This document shows positions 43,109 to 54,491 of a DNA stretch of 64,000 nt, one piece after another. How positions within the stretch are numbered: the stretch's first letter is position 1; the number at the start of each line of letters is the position of its first letter. Location of the stretch: the NCBI GenBank assembly GCA_000004985.1, contig GG738854.1; one strand, written 5' to 3'. Source of the stretch: Naegleria gruberi. Lineage: Eukaryota. The notes beneath the pieces are model-generated. The model was not told the DNA's origin. It saw nothing but the letters and a program-made list of their open reading frames with translations, and ran no database searches. The position numbers and the translations under genes were made by a program.

Positions 43109-44537
43109 ATATATTCCTCACTGTGATCCATAATTCTTACAATTTCCAACTCATTATTGATCTCTCTCACGTTTGCTACATAACTGAAAGGACAGTATAT
43201 TTGAAAACTCCATCACATCTAGTCAGTTGTAAATATTTTCATTTTCAGTTCTTTCCAAATTCTTAAGAATCGTAACAATAAATCTATTTCATCAAAGGAA
43301 CTTTCAAGATTCTAAAAGAATGAGGGTAGTATGTCCCTTGCCGAATGGAGGGAATTATGATTTTCCATCATAAAATATAAATTCCAATTTCATGATGATC
43401 ATCTACTAATAAAAATTACTATTATTACTACTATTTAGATCACGCTGAGATGATGATGTGAAAGTTTGGTGCCTTCATGATGAAAAACCACTACGAAAAT
43501 CAGCAATGCCACAAAGTACCATTGTTATTGAATATTTTTTTCACATTCCAATTTTCAAAATAATTTTTCAAGCATTATTTCGTGATATTGAATAATAATT
43601 ATCGGTTTGTTGCTGCATTAAGTATCTATATGAATAGAACATTTATGTTGAATGGTTTTCACATATTGCAAAACAATCATCACACCACATTATTTATTAA
43701 CTTAGCTGGTGTTGATTGTTTTGCAAAAGTCGAAAAAATATCAAGAAAATTTTCATCAAATACATGTCTCTTGCTCGGCGATGATTTTCAAGGACAATTC
43801 TTCATCATTGTTAAAGCCACTTTCTGTGCAGTAGGATTGGATAGTTTGGAGTGTATAGATATTGGTTTTTTAATATTTCATCATGAATTACAAATTTTGG
43901 AAGGCAATTATTAATTTTATGGAAACTTTTGTCGAGTTGGAGAAGTAAAACCATAATTAATTGTTCATCATAGTTATGAATATAACAACCCAAACTGATG
44001 CGAGTGTTTAAATTCAAGAATAACCTCATCAAGTTTTTAATTTAAATATTTCATCATGATCAACAACAACCTGAGCAATAAGACCATTATGGTCTTGTTC
44101 TAAATCATCAAGAGTATCACCCTGGAAAGTTTCAAAACTTTTCTTCGAGTACATTCTCTCCTGTAGAGCATGTTAGCAAAACCTAGAAATTCGCAAGAAA
44201 CACTTGAAAAACTTGTTCAATTTCACGAGGAGGGCAAAGATTTATTATTGTACCACATCAGGAAGGATGTTATTGCAGTGTTTTTCAACTTTTTTCCAGA
44301 GATTGGTCAAGTTGAATTTTTACATGCTTCCCAACATTAATTATTCATCATCTACTTGGTCATTCTTCATCAATACAACAATAAATACATTGATATCTAA
44401 CACCAATGTTCATCTTGTTGTTTCACTTCAAAAGATAGCCAAGATAATCACTCAACCTCCCACCAACAACAATTTTCCATCAAATTTTCCTCTTCACAAA
44501 ATTCCTTTTTTTATGAATTCCTTTTTATGAAACTGTA

Positions 44538-45653
44538 TCAGTAGTATTTATTTTTCTTAAGATAATCTAGAGCTCTCTTATTTTGGGCCAGTGCTGCACT
44601 AATAATCTTTGAGTTGCGTTGTAGCTCCATTGAGGCACATTGTAAATAGAGACCATTCTTACTGACAGCTGCCAAAACAAACTTGTAATCATTTTGTAAT
44701 TCTGATGAGGCATAGTAAAGACTTCCTCCGGCCTGAATTACTTTCATCATGAAATCATAATCATTCAACAACGAAAATGGGAAATATTGTAAACATTTTC
44801 GATTTTTTGTAACAAATTTCAAAGCAAGTTGATTCAAAACTGTCAAGGGTAAATATTTCAAGGAAACGAGATTATTATCAAATGCTGCATTGGCAATCTC
44901 CAAATCATTCTTCAAATTATCAGACGCATATTGAATAGCTATTCCACATTTTGAGATGGCTTTTTTTACATTTGTGAAATCACTTCTCAATCTTGCTGAT
45001 GCAAATTGCAACGCAATTGGAGAATTATGCAGAGCCATAGAAACAATTTCATCATTATCCTGTAATCTCACTGATGCAAATCGAAGAGAATTTCCATAAT
45101 TCATCACAGCCAACTTGACAATTTCAAAATCATCTCGACAATTTTCACTAGCATATCGTAACATAATTCCTCTAAATTTTACAAAAACAATCATCCAATT
45201 TCTTCTATTACAACAAGGTAATTCATGATGATCGTAATATTCCTCAATCATCCGATGATCCATCTTTTTTAATCGTTTAAATTGATTAAAAGATTCCAAG
45301 TGAAGTGAAACATCTTCCTCTCGCATCTGATTTCTCCACATGAATAATTTATTCACAAGAGAATGACAATATTGTTGGGTAAATTGTGAAAATGAACAGT
45401 TGGGACTGTCGACACGAGCACGAGAATAACACCTCTGTGTTGTTTCATTTTTTTTTGATTGTAACAATGAAAAGTGGTCATCAGGAACTTGTGATGAACA
45501 TATTGTAATTATTCTATACTCCTCAATAGGGATTGTCAAACACTCTCTACTAATACACCAGTGGACTGGCCATATGCAATAGGTTGAGTAGGGCGAATGA
45601 GAACGAAGGTGATGATCCCTAAAATAAGGTTTGGCAATAACTCCGAAAACCAA
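44538..45653 (-). CDS. DUF4116-repeat protein. The 5' end is uncertain
   Basis: The C-terminal ~250 aa carries about 8 degenerate ~24-aa repeats of the DUF4116 type (D.EIV..A(V/L)..N..(S/A)L.(Y/F)AS..L..D). The frame is open to 45653, but the first codon there is a TTG and the first in-frame ATG is at 45344. An acceptor-like AAAG at 45658-45661 suggests a missing upstream exon. Confidence 0.5.
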   Translation of the reverse strand: MVFGVIAKPYFRDHHLRSHSPYSTYCIWPVHWCISRECLTIPIEEYRIITICSSQVPDDHFSLLQSKKNETTQRCYSRARVDSPNCSFSQFTQQYCHSLVNKLFMWRNQMREEDVSLHLESFNQFKRLKKMDHRMIEEYYDHHELPCCNRRNWMIVFVKFRGIMLRYASENCRDDFEIVKLAVMNYGNSLRFASVRLQDNDEIVSMALHNSPIALQFASARLRSDFTNVKKAISKCGIAIQYASDNLKNDLEIANAAFDNNLVSLKYLPLTVLNQLALKFVTKNRKCLQYFPFSLLNDYDFMMKVIQAGGSLYYASSELQNDYKFVLAAVSKNGLYLQCASMELQRNSKIISAALAQNKRALDYLKKNKYY

Positions 45654-45948
45654 GTTACTTTGAGATTAAGGTTCAAAAATAATATTCGAAACAAACTGTA
45701 GTTATCTTTATCTTATTAGAAACACTTCCTTACGGTTCCATGCACCAATAGAATAATTTCCAAAATAATTCAATGATTGCTACTTGACCAAACTGGTCAA
45801 GTTGACCGCTGTATTACTACGCAATGCTCATTAGGACCTTTGTGGAGTTTCTTCATTACTCCATCCTGGCAACTTTCAATCAACAATTCGATATCTTTAA
45901 AATCTGTGTGTTACCTCAATGTAACATATTCGAATTAAAAAAATCAAC

Positions 45949-47718
45949 ATGAAAACAATAACATACTTACTGTTGCTACTCTCTCTTGTGGCCACAATTA
46001 CATGCCAACAAGAACAAATCACCGTAACCATTCCACAAGGTTCCTACATTGGTGTGTCCACCAATAACCAAACTAAATCCTTCCTTGGTGTCAGATATGC
46101 TCAAACCACAGAAGGAATTAATCGTTTCAGGCCACCAGTTTCAGTTTCCTCCATGAATTCAACTGCCATCTTCAATGCCACATCCTTTGGCAACATTTGT
46201 GTCCAAACTCCAGATTCTAGCATTACATACACTGAACCACAAAGTGAAGATTGTTTATTCTTGAATATTTGGGCTCCAGTCGGTGCCTCACCAACAAATC
46301 AATATCCAGTCATGTTCTGGATTCATGGTGGATCCTTCATTCATGGAACTGGTAATATCTATGATGGAGAACATTGGGTAAAAACCTCAATTGAGAATAA
46401 TGTTCCAATTGTCTTTGTGTCCATCAATTATAGACTGGGAGTTTTTGGGTTCTTGGCTGATGACTTGTTAAAAAGTGAAAACGGACTCACCAATACAAAC
46501 TTTGGATTGTTGGATCAATTAGAAGCATTGAAATGGGTTCAAAGCAATATTGCTAATTTTGGAGGTAATCCAAGTCAAATTACCATTTCCGGAGAAAGTG
46601 CTGGAGGAATTAGTACTTTGGTTTTGCTTGCAAGTCCTCTTTTGAGTCAAGTTCCTGTTACTTCTGCTATCGTTCAAAGTGGGTCCTCTTTGAAATGGCT
46701 AATGCAAACAAGTACTGTAACTGCTCTTGCTGCTGGTTCAAATTTGAAAACAAATTTCAATTGTTCAACATTGGAATGTTTGAGAAATATAACAGTTGAT
46801 AGTTTAATTACCTATCAAGCTGCCAAGGCACCAACTGCATTCACTGTAACTTTCGATAATTATGTCATTACAAACAATACGTATGATGTAATTGACAATA
46901 ACAAGTTTACCATGGTCAACTTGTTGATAGGTGCCACAAGGAATGAAATGGGCTATTTTACTTGTAGTTCTTTTCCTTCAAATATTACTGCATATCAAAT
47001 GCAACTCGCATTCAGTTCATATTTTGGAGCTACAAAGACAGTTCAATTCTTCCCTCAATTGTCCAATTATTACAACATTTCAAATTATCAAGATAACCTT
47101 GCCTATTTCAATGATGTTCTAACACAAGCTGCTGTTCAATGTAATGCAAGATATCTAGCTGCTTCCTTCTCCAAAAAGTCTTCTTTGAATGCCTATTTCT
47201 ATATCTATGATCATTACTTTCCCTTCTCAACATCATGTCAAAAGAGCATGCACGCTATTGAAATTCCAATCCAATTTCCTTCAATATTCAAACATATGAA
47301 AGGAGCTGAGGCTTACTCACTCACTGCTTCTGAATTGGAGCTCTCAAGACAAGTAATTGTTTATTGGTCTAATTTTGTGTCGAGTGGAAATCCAAATAGA
47401 AACAATTCAGGAACGAATTTGAGAACTAACCAAACTACATGGAATTCCTACTCTACTTGTTCTGATAATTATCTTGTTATTCAAAGTGGATCAAACTATG
47501 AATCTTCAGAAATACTTGGAAAGACATGTCCTTTCTGGAACGTGTATGATGAGGTTCCAATAATTCCATGTGTCACTCCTGCTTCTTCAAATTCTACACC
47601 AATTGTAGTGACATCAACTGTACTCCCAAAGAATTCTACAAGGGTTAATGGAGTTGGTTCATTGTTGTCTGTTTGGTTGGCTTTGTGCTTTGCTTCCTTA
47701 ATGATCTTGTTTCAATAA
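45949..47718 (+). CDS. Type-B carboxylesterase / lipase (alpha/beta hydrolase), secreted or GPI-anchored
   Basis: ATG at 45949. Signal peptide MKTITYLLLLLSLVATITCQQ. Oxyanion-hole motif FWIHGGSFIHGTG. Nucleophile elbow ISGESAGGIS. A catalytic His is plausible at KSMHAIEIP. The C-terminal hydrophobic tail GVGSLLSVWLALCFASLMILFQ looks like a GPI-anchor signal. Confidence 0.8.
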   Translation: MKTITYLLLLLSLVATITCQQEQITVTIPQGSYIGVSTNNQTKSFLGVRYAQTTEGINRFRPPVSVSSMNSTAIFNATSFGNICVQTPDSSITYTEPQSEDCLFLNIWAPVGASPTNQYPVMFWIHGGSFIHGTGNIYDGEHWVKTSIENNVPIVFVSINYRLGVFGFLADDLLKSENGLTNTNFGLLDQLEALKWVQSNIANFGGNPSQITISGESAGGISTLVLLASPLLSQVPVTSAIVQSGSSLKWLMQTSTVTALAAGSNLKTNFNCSTLECLRNITVDSLITYQAAKAPTAFTVTFDNYVITNNTYDVIDNNKFTMVNLLIGATRNEMGYFTCSSFPSNITAYQMQLAFSSYFGATKTVQFFPQLSNYYNISNYQDNLAYFNDVLTQAAVQCNARYLAASFSKKSSLNAYFYIYDHYFPFSTSCQKSMHAIEIPIQFPSIFKHMKGAEAYSLTASELELSRQVIVYWSNFVSSGNPNRNNSGTNLRTNQTTWNSYSTCSDNYLVIQSGSNYESSEILGKTCPFWNVYDEVPIIPCVTPASSNSTPIVVTSTVLPKNSTRVNGVGSLLSVWLALCFASLMILFQ

Positions 47719-47921
47719 TTTTCAGAAATCACTGGAAGGTATTTAAACTCAAATCTATTAAAGAACTTGTTTATTGAATCCTTATATTTATCGCATCAGA
47801 TTATGCAACGGGAGAACGACATTTAAATACATGTGAATTTTAGAAAAAGTACATGCTCAACACGAACTTTTTATAATATCAATTTCAATTTAATTGAGAT
47901 AGAAACAGAGTTTTATCATAC

Positions 47922-48533
47922 TCAATTTGTGTATTTACTCTTTGCAGTAATGGTAGCTGAAATTTGTTTCTTCAATTCCTCTTGTTGTTTCAATAAATCA
48001 GCAACTGCACCTTGGTTTTTGACAATCAATTCTGTCACCCTTATGAGTTCATTTTGTAATCCTTCAATTTTATCTGTAAATCTCTTATTCATAATTTCCT
48101 TAATACCATCTCCATTGAAAATCTTGATGACTGTTCTTTCATTGGATCTATACAGATTGACGAAAGGTTCAGACCCTAATTTATATGCTGGAGTTGTTGC
48201 AGATTTTGTTCCAATAAAACCATCCCTTGCATAGATATTCAATTGGCCCCAGCACTGGCCTTCGAAAAAAACATTGTAATCACTTTCAGCTGCCGTATCA
48301 CCCTTGTTAGTGTCCATGAAGGCATAAAATTCAATGTGACAATCAAAAGAAGCACCTGGATGAATGGTACGATTCAAACCACCCCAAAAATCAACTTGAT
48401 AAGCATGATTATTGTAGCATTCCAAAGTTAGATCTGACTCATTAATAACTGTAACGTCTCCTCTAATCTTGTGATACTGATGCCAACCAGCTTCCATTTG
48501 AGAAAGACCAGGAATACCATCAAACCAACCCAT
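47922..48533 (-). CDS. Hypothetical protein: beta-rich N-terminal domain plus a C-terminal coiled coil
   Basis: ATG (minus) at 48533. 203 aa. The first 140 aa are aromatic and Gly-rich (lectin-like or aegerolysin-like feel). The last 55 aa have heptad periodicity (EGLQNELIRVTELIVKNQGAVADLLKQQEELKKQI). I recognised no domain. Confidence 0.45.
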   Translation of the reverse strand: MGWFDGIPGLSQMEAGWHQYHKIRGDVTVINESDLTLECYNNHAYQVDFWGGLNRTIHPGASFDCHIEFYAFMDTNKGDTAAESDYNVFFEGQCWGQLNIYARDGFIGTKSATTPAYKLGSEPFVNLYRSNERTVIKIFNGDGIKEIMNKRFTDKIEGLQNELIRVTELIVKNQGAVADLLKQQEELKKQISATITAKSKYTN

Positions 48534-48975
48534 TTTTCTATATTGTTTTTTTTTTGTTGAGTTAATGTTGAGGGATGTGTTAGAGAGTAATGTTATAACT
48601 GTATTTCAACGATTCTCTTGTTGTTCATCTCTTAGTTAAAATTCTTTTTTAGCTTTTTCCGAGGTAGGGACATGATGTGTATAACTGTAAGTCTTACGAC
48701 TGGGGAATTACAGCACTAGCCCTACGGAACAAATGTCTTGAAAGAGATGGTGAACTATTAAGGGAGAGATTCAAGTCTTATAAGTCTCCTGCATTCACCA
48801 ATTACAAAGTTCATATGGTGAACTATTTTGTGTTAGTTTCAAAATATCGCGTACCAACTTCGATTGCATCTTTTGTATGATGCATAATGGGTCTTGATAC
48901 CATCAATTATAAAATTATACTATTTTACTTCAAACTCAATTCAATAATTATATATTTTATTTGGATTTGTTTCTT

Positions 48976-50130
48976 TCATCCTGGTCTGTCTCGTGATTCG
49001 TACATTTTCTTGACGAGTGAGAGAACTAGTTTCTTTTCTCTGCTTGCCTTTCTCTTAAGCTTGTATTTGAGTTTGACTTCTTGTTGCTCTTTCAATCCTT
49101 CAACTGAGAGTTGAACTATTTCAACCATTTCCTTTCCATTTTCATTGGCTTCAATTACATTGGTTGAAACAATGATTGGTGGATTATCGAGCAAGAGTTC
49201 CATATAATTTAACAAGCTCTTTCCATTAGCAATCAGTCCTGCAGCCTTTTGTAACAATTCTCCATCTTCAGAATTGAGGATTTGAATCTTGACATTCTCA
49301 ATAATTTCTTTCTCTTCAGAAATTCTATCAAGTTCAACCTCATAAGATTCCATAATGAAGTTATACTCCATCATCAATTGCAAAAAGGTGTTAGTTGTTG
49401 CACCTGAAAGAATTGTCAATGATCCAAGAATAGTATCACGTTGATAGAGATCTGTAATAGCTGACATTACGTGATTAATTGTTGCTTTGAAGAGATTCAA
49501 TTCTACATCATTCAATCTTTGTTCCATATTAACCAATTGCATCTTGGCTCTAATGTATTCACTTTGAGCTTCTGTGAATAATTGTTTAAGTGCTGAAAGT
49601 TTCATCACAACTGGTCCACCAAGATTCAAGAGGTCATTAGTATCCATCTTGATCAAAAGAGTATCGTTAATGAAAGCTTGCTCTCTTCTCATATTTTCAA
49701 ATGCAACACCGACTGCCTTTTCTGCTTCTGCCATCTGTTGATATTTCAACTTAATTGAGGCTCGTAATTCTTCCATTTGCTTGGTCAATTCAGGATATTC
49801 CAAGAAGGAATTCATCTTTTCCTTTCCAATTTCCTTCAATGTCTTATTAACCATTTGTTCCATTCCTTCCGAAATAATCTTGGCAACTTGTTCAACCTTT
49901 TGTCCTCTCTTCTCTGCAAATTCGTTATACTTTTTTGTAAATTCTTCATTCACACGATCGAATTTTTCAATAGTATCAACCAAGTTATTCAACTTTCCGA
50001 CAATGGATTGTTGAGAGTGTTCCAAGCCATCCAACGAACGCTTAAGTTTCTTCATTCCAGACTTGATGTGCTTGAGTGTTGTTTCGCTCATTTTGTTTTT
50101 TGGAGTGTTGAATAAACCAGCAAACAACAT
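48976..50130 (-). CDS. Coiled-coil protein, function unknown
   Basis: First ATG (minus) at 50130 (MLFAGLFNTPKNKMSE). A TTG codon precedes it in frame. The protein is about 384 aa with long heptad-repeat segments and many E/K/Q residues. Confidence 0.5.
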   Translation of the reverse strand: MLFAGLFNTPKNKMSETTLKHIKSGMKKLKRSLDGLEHSQQSIVGKLNNLVDTIEKFDRVNEEFTKKYNEFAEKRGQKVEQVAKIISEGMEQMVNKTLKEIGKEKMNSFLEYPELTKQMEELRASIKLKYQQMAEAEKAVGVAFENMRREQAFINDTLLIKMDTNDLLNLGGPVVMKLSALKQLFTEAQSEYIRAKMQLVNMEQRLNDVELNLFKATINHVMSAITDLYQRDTILGSLTILSGATTNTFLQLMMEYNFIMESYEVELDRISEEKEIIENVKIQILNSEDGELLQKAAGLIANGKSLLNYMELLLDNPPIIVSTNVIEANENGKEMVEIVQLSVEGLKEQQEVKLKYKLKRKASREKKLVLSLVKKMYESRDRPG

Positions 50131-50361
50131 CAAAAGAATAAACGTAAATCTAGCTGTTGTATTGAAGAAGATCTCTTCCTTGAAAAGGATTTTGATATTC
50201 GCATCTATTAAAATACTAATATGTCCTCGTGAATTACTATAATCGAAATTCAGAACAAAAGTTCACCACAGAGATATATTTTACACTTGCAACAGTAAGA
50301 AGAAGTCACCACCTCACACCAAGACAAATCAAAAAAACAAACCTTAAGCGAGTAACTCAAA

Positions 50362-53300
50362 ATGTCTTCCGAATCATCAAGCCCAGCACTTGAATATCAT
50401 TTACCTCATGTTGATTTTGAACTTCTTTCAAAACAAGATAAAACATTCAATTTAATATTCAGTGATGAGAATTTGGAGGTTCCCGTGCTAAAGAGTATTG
50501 GTTTGCAGAATTTCAAGATTGTTAGACCAAACGCGAATAGTTTGACTGTGGAGGGCCAATTAAAGCTCTTCGAAAAACAATGGAATGGAAAAGTTGAATA
50601 TTTGAAGAATGGCAATGCTGTCTCGTTTACCTTTAGTGCAACTGTTTTGGGAGATATGCAGTTGAAAGATCTATTCCCTGGATTGTCAGAGCATTGGAAT
50701 GTTCCTTTGAGAAAGGTTTCTATCGGCCTTACTCTTGGAAAGACTAAGAAATCTGAAAATACTAAGGAAGGTGAAGAGATTGAGCTTCCTAATGGAAGAT
50801 TGACCATTAGTGCAAGCTTTGGTATCCCTTCAAGTATTCTTCATTGTATTGGAAAGAACTCAAATGATGAAATCAACCTTTCAGGCTACTTTATTTGCGA
50901 AGGAATTGATATTGACTTGAAAAAGATAGTAGATTTGCAATTGAAAGGTACAATCTCAAACATTGAAAGTGGTATTCTCCACAGTAATCTGAGCAAAAAC
51001 TTTAATGTACAAAAACTCAAAGCAAGAATTAACTTTTCCAAGAACACAATAGCTGAGAAGCAAGTTTGGACAGCAAATTGGAAACTCGAAGCTCATGTCA
51101 CATTGAAATCATCAGTTTTGGGAAATCCATTGCAAGCTATTGTTACTGTTAATCTTGACGAAAACAATGACAAGTTCTTGGCAACCATCAAAGTCAACGA
51201 CTGGCTAGAACCTTTCAATTTGAAAGAATGTTCCTTTCAAAATTTGGAAGGTGTTTGTTTGTTGACCAAAGAAGAAGCCAAGGTTAACCTAACTGGTACC
51301 TTAAAAGTTGGTGAAAGAGTCATTGAAATGGACGGCTTTGTCAAGAATGAAGAAGTTTGGTTTTCTGGCTCAATTACACAATTTTCTTTGAATGATTTGG
51401 TTGATTTGTATAATAGCATGTTCAAGTGTAAATTATCACAATCACAAACTGATATTATTTTGAAGAATTGCAAGTTGACTTTCCATAAACAAAAGAACGG
51501 TCTACTTGACAGTATTAGAGGAAAGAGTGATCAAGAAATTACATTCCAAACTTCTTGTCTCATTCCAGGGACAATGATTCCAGAGTTCAACATTGATTTA
51601 ACATTGAATCAAAATGGTATTGTTGGTAATTCAAGTTTTGTTAGTATTGAACTTAAAAATTGCATATTAAGGGATGTAAGCATAGACTTTGATTTGCCTA
51701 AAAATCAAACCAAGACAACTGACTATATTAAATTGAAAGGAAATGCAGAAATGATGTTTTTAAATGGGATTAATGTTGATTTTCAAGCAAGAATTCAATC
51801 TGAAATGGCTCCTTCATCTGACGAAAGAAACAAAGATGCTAATAAGAAGAAGAATAATATTATTGTGTATGGAAAGATGCATGAAACAAACATTTCAAAT
51901 TTGATCCCATCTCTTGCTAACACTTTTGTTAAGGATTTAATAATTAACGAGTTGATGGTCACTGTAGCAAATAGTTCAGGTTCACTCGCATTATCAGAAG
52001 AAGAAACCTTAACGGTTAAGGAAGGTTTAACTATTGTGGCAGGTGTTAACAATACTGACAAGGCTATCAATTCCATTATTAATAATATTTCTGTTGCAAC
52101 AGATATGAAGGATGGTCAAGTCAAACTTTCTGTTTGGGTGAAAGATAAGGAAAATTACTCAGTTGACTTTCAAATTCCTTCCTTTGATGTTGAATTTGGT
52201 AATTTTATCAAACTTACAAATCTTTGCTTCAAGATACCAACAAAATCCAATGTTGGTTCTACTTCCATATCTGAAATTGAATTCACAGATGCTCTTTTCA
52301 GTTTATTTCTTTCTTCCTACAAGATTGAATGTTTTGCCACTGTAAAGATTAATAGTGAGTCAATTAGTGGAAGAGCTTCTAAACCAAGTATTAAGAACCT
52401 ATTCGGTTATTCTAACCTTAGTATGGAGGATATTTCTATTGATTTCTCGAAGAAGAGGGGTGGAAAGGAATATAATGCAAATTGGAGTGGTAAATTGGTA
52501 CTTCATGATTCAAATTTCAATTTCAATGGATCAATTACTAATGAGAAAGCAGAAGTTAATGTTGAAATGCCTCAGTTTGACAGCTGTAGCTTGTTAAAGT
52601 GCTACTTTGCCTTGTATGGGGTTCAACTCAAGACAATCAAGCCAAATCTTGTCTTTTCAAATACCAGTCTGAGTATTGTGCATGAATTTCAAGAAAAGAC
52701 AACCACTGTTACCATTAAGAGCAAGTTGACTTTACCAAATCTCAATGTGAAAGATATTGATCTCTCTTTAGAAATAACCAAAGATCAGGTCCATGGCACA
52801 GTTGACCTCCAACCAATTTCTCTTCCACTTGTGACTATTAACAATGTTAAACTCACAATTGACCTTTACTCCTCTGAGAGCAAGAAGGATAACAAGATAT
52901 GTCTTCTCGGTCAAGCAGTTTTCAAACTTCCAGGAGACATTCATCTTGAACAAATAGTTGCCATTCGATTAGAAGGAAAGAATTACCTCGTCTATACTGT
53001 TGCCAAGTCAGATAATTTCAAAAAACTTTCAGATGCATTCCCAGTCATGAAAGGAAGCGCTCTCGATGCATTGGAATTCAAGAAATTCCAACTCTTGTAT
53101 TCTACTTACAGAACTTGTCATCCTTTGGAAGAAATCAATGTTAAGAAGGGAATTCAAATTATTGGAGACCTGGAATTATCAATTGATGCCTTGTTGAAGA
53201 GTTGTAAAGCTCCTGATATTCAAATTCTCTTCCCTGGTTTTGATTCCAAAGTTGCTATTCCAATTAGGTTGACAGCATTTGGTGAAACAGTCAGTTCCAT

Positions 53301-54474
53301 GGAATTGGGTGTTTCTCTTCCAAGTTTAAAGGTTGACTTGGGTGAGAATATTTCATGTAATCCACTTGAATTAATTTTACCTTTGAATCCTATGAGTGCT
53401 CAAGCAAGAGTTCAATTTCAAATAATTATCAAGATGGATCCAAATCCAATGACTTTGACAGCTTCTCTTGGTATTGACAAGGGCCAGGTCACAGTTGCTG
53501 GAAGTATGGAAGGGGATTGGATTGAACCATTTGGTTTGAAGAATGTTACTGTCAGTGATGTAGCTCTTCAAATGTGTTTCATTCCTGGAGCTCTTCCTTC
53601 TGGATTTGGATGTACTGGTAAGCTCAAGATTAGTGACATTATTGACACCCAAGCAGGCTTTTCCATTTTGGAATCATTCATGAACTTTAAACATAACCGT
53701 TTGGCGTCTGGTGATTTTTTCAAATTGGCATCTTTGGTAATGAATACCAAGTTTGACTGTTCATCTGTTCCTGACTTTTGGAAATTGGAAGATATTGACT
53801 TTTACACAGCTGCTCTTCCAGTAACTATTGGTGTTTTCAAATTTGAACCAGGATTCCATTTCAAATCCTATTTTGAAATATTTGGTATTAAGGGTTATGT
53901 ATCCACTTCAATAGATACTGAAAATGGTTTCAAGATGAGAGGTATTTTACAATCTCTTACACTGGGAGCTCTAAAGTTGGGATCTGTTCCATCTGAATAT
54001 ACTGAATTATATCTCAAAGATGAAGGTTCTCAATATTTCACTGCCGAAAATGTTGGACCAATGGTTGATATGTCAGTTGACAAGACCAATGTCAATTTCT
54101 ATCTGAACAGTAGTATCGTATTGTATGATATTTCTTTGGATGTTATGATTTCTGTACAACCTACCTTATTAGACTTCAATGTTGACTTTAACATGTGGAA
54201 TATGTTAAGTATCATGTTGAAAGTCAAAGCAACACTTCCAGAACACACATTTTCTATCAATGATTTGGATGTTGAAATGGAAGCCCTCTTTACGAATGAA
54301 TGCTCTGATTTAGTTATCAAGTATGTCAATCAAGCTTTCGTGGATGCTTTGAAAACTTTCGAAGAGGGTTTCGAAAAGGCAAAGAAGTCTTTGGAAGAAA
54401 AGAAAAATCAATCTCAACAGAGAGTTCTTTCAAACGTGCTGAAAAGGATGTTGAAGAGGAAAATAAGGCATTAG
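50362..54474 (+). CDS. Large beta-rich protein of unknown function. It is probably the N-terminal 1,370 aa of a ~1,750-aa gene that continues into 54489..55613
   Basis: ATG at 50362. It is an uninterrupted 4.1-kb ORF with no intron. Alternating polar and hydrophobic beta-strand-like segments occur throughout. I recognised no domain. The stop at 54472 lies 17 nt before the next same-strand ORF. That downstream frame already reads as natural protein from about 54426, inside this ORF. Confidence 0.6.
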   Translation: MSSESSSPALEYHLPHVDFELLSKQDKTFNLIFSDENLEVPVLKSIGLQNFKIVRPNANSLTVEGQLKLFEKQWNGKVEYLKNGNAVSFTFSATVLGDMQLKDLFPGLSEHWNVPLRKVSIGLTLGKTKKSENTKEGEEIELPNGRLTISASFGIPSSILHCIGKNSNDEINLSGYFICEGIDIDLKKIVDLQLKGTISNIESGILHSNLSKNFNVQKLKARINFSKNTIAEKQVWTANWKLEAHVTLKSSVLGNPLQAIVTVNLDENNDKFLATIKVNDWLEPFNLKECSFQNLEGVCLLTKEEAKVNLTGTLKVGERVIEMDGFVKNEEVWFSGSITQFSLNDLVDLYNSMFKCKLSQSQTDIILKNCKLTFHKQKNGLLDSIRGKSDQEITFQTSCLIPGTMIPEFNIDLTLNQNGIVGNSSFVSIELKNCILRDVSIDFDLPKNQTKTTDYIKLKGNAEMMFLNGINVDFQARIQSEMAPSSDERNKDANKKKNNIIVYGKMHETNISNLIPSLANTFVKDLIINELMVTVANSSGSLALSEEETLTVKEGLTIVAGVNNTDKAINSIINNISVATDMKDGQVKLSVWVKDKENYSVDFQIPSFDVEFGNFIKLTNLCFKIPTKSNVGSTSISEIEFTDALFSLFLSSYKIECFATVKINSESISGRASKPSIKNLFGYSNLSMEDISIDFSKKRGGKEYNANWSGKLVLHDSNFNFNGSITNEKAEVNVEMPQFDSCSLLKCYFALYGVQLKTIKPNLVFSNTSLSIVHEFQEKTTTVTIKSKLTLPNLNVKDIDLSLEITKDQVHGTVDLQPISLPLVTINNVKLTIDLYSSESKKDNKICLLGQAVFKLPGDIHLEQIVAIRLEGKNYLVYTVAKSDNFKKLSDAFPVMKGSALDALEFKKFQLLYSTYRTCHPLEEINVKKGIQIIGDLELSIDALLKSCKAPDIQILFPGFDSKVAIPIRLTAFGETVSSMELGVSLPSLKVDLGENISCNPLELILPLNPMSAQARVQFQIIIKMDPNPMTLTASLGIDKGQVTVAGSMEGDWIEPFGLKNVTVSDVALQMCFIPGALPSGFGCTGKLKISDIIDTQAGFSILESFMNFKHNRLASGDFFKLASLVMNTKFDCSSVPDFWKLEDIDFYTAALPVTIGVFKFEPGFHFKSYFEIFGIKGYVSTSIDTENGFKMRGILQSLTLGALKLGSVPSEYTELYLKDEGSQYFTAENVGPMVDMSVDKTNVNFYLNSSIVLYDISLDVMISVQPTLLDFNVDFNMWNMLSIMLKVKATLPEHTFSINDLDVEMEALFTNECSDLVIKYVNQAFVDALKTFEEGFEKAKKSLEEKKNQSQQRVLSNVLKRMLKRKIRH

Positions 54475-54491
54475 ATATTCTTCAAGAATTG

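Noticed and set aside
43582-44530. Small ORFs in the 1.4-kb spacer between the YdeI-like and DUF4116 genes (43582..43914 +, 43811..44032 -, 44204..44530 +, and an unlisted 42-aa minus ORF MYSKKSFETFQGDTLDDLEQDHNGLIAQVVVDHDEIFKLKT at about 44027-44155)
   Set aside because: They are mutually overlapping, have no recognisable motifs and show an AT-driven composition. The 42-aa acidic ORF is the only one that looks protein-like. I cannot support it without transcript data.
54321-54424. Alternative explanation for the 50362/54489 ORF junction: a 104-nt GTATGT...AGAG intron joining ...DLVI|N|SFKRAEKD...
   Set aside because: The phase works, but the putative intron is not AT-rich like the eight supported introns. 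It also translates in frame into natural-looking protein that continues the upstream exon (KYVNQAFVDALKTFEEGFEKAKKSLEEKKNQSQQ). A single-base change in the A4 run at 54442-54445 explains the data more simply. I left this open for RNA-seq.
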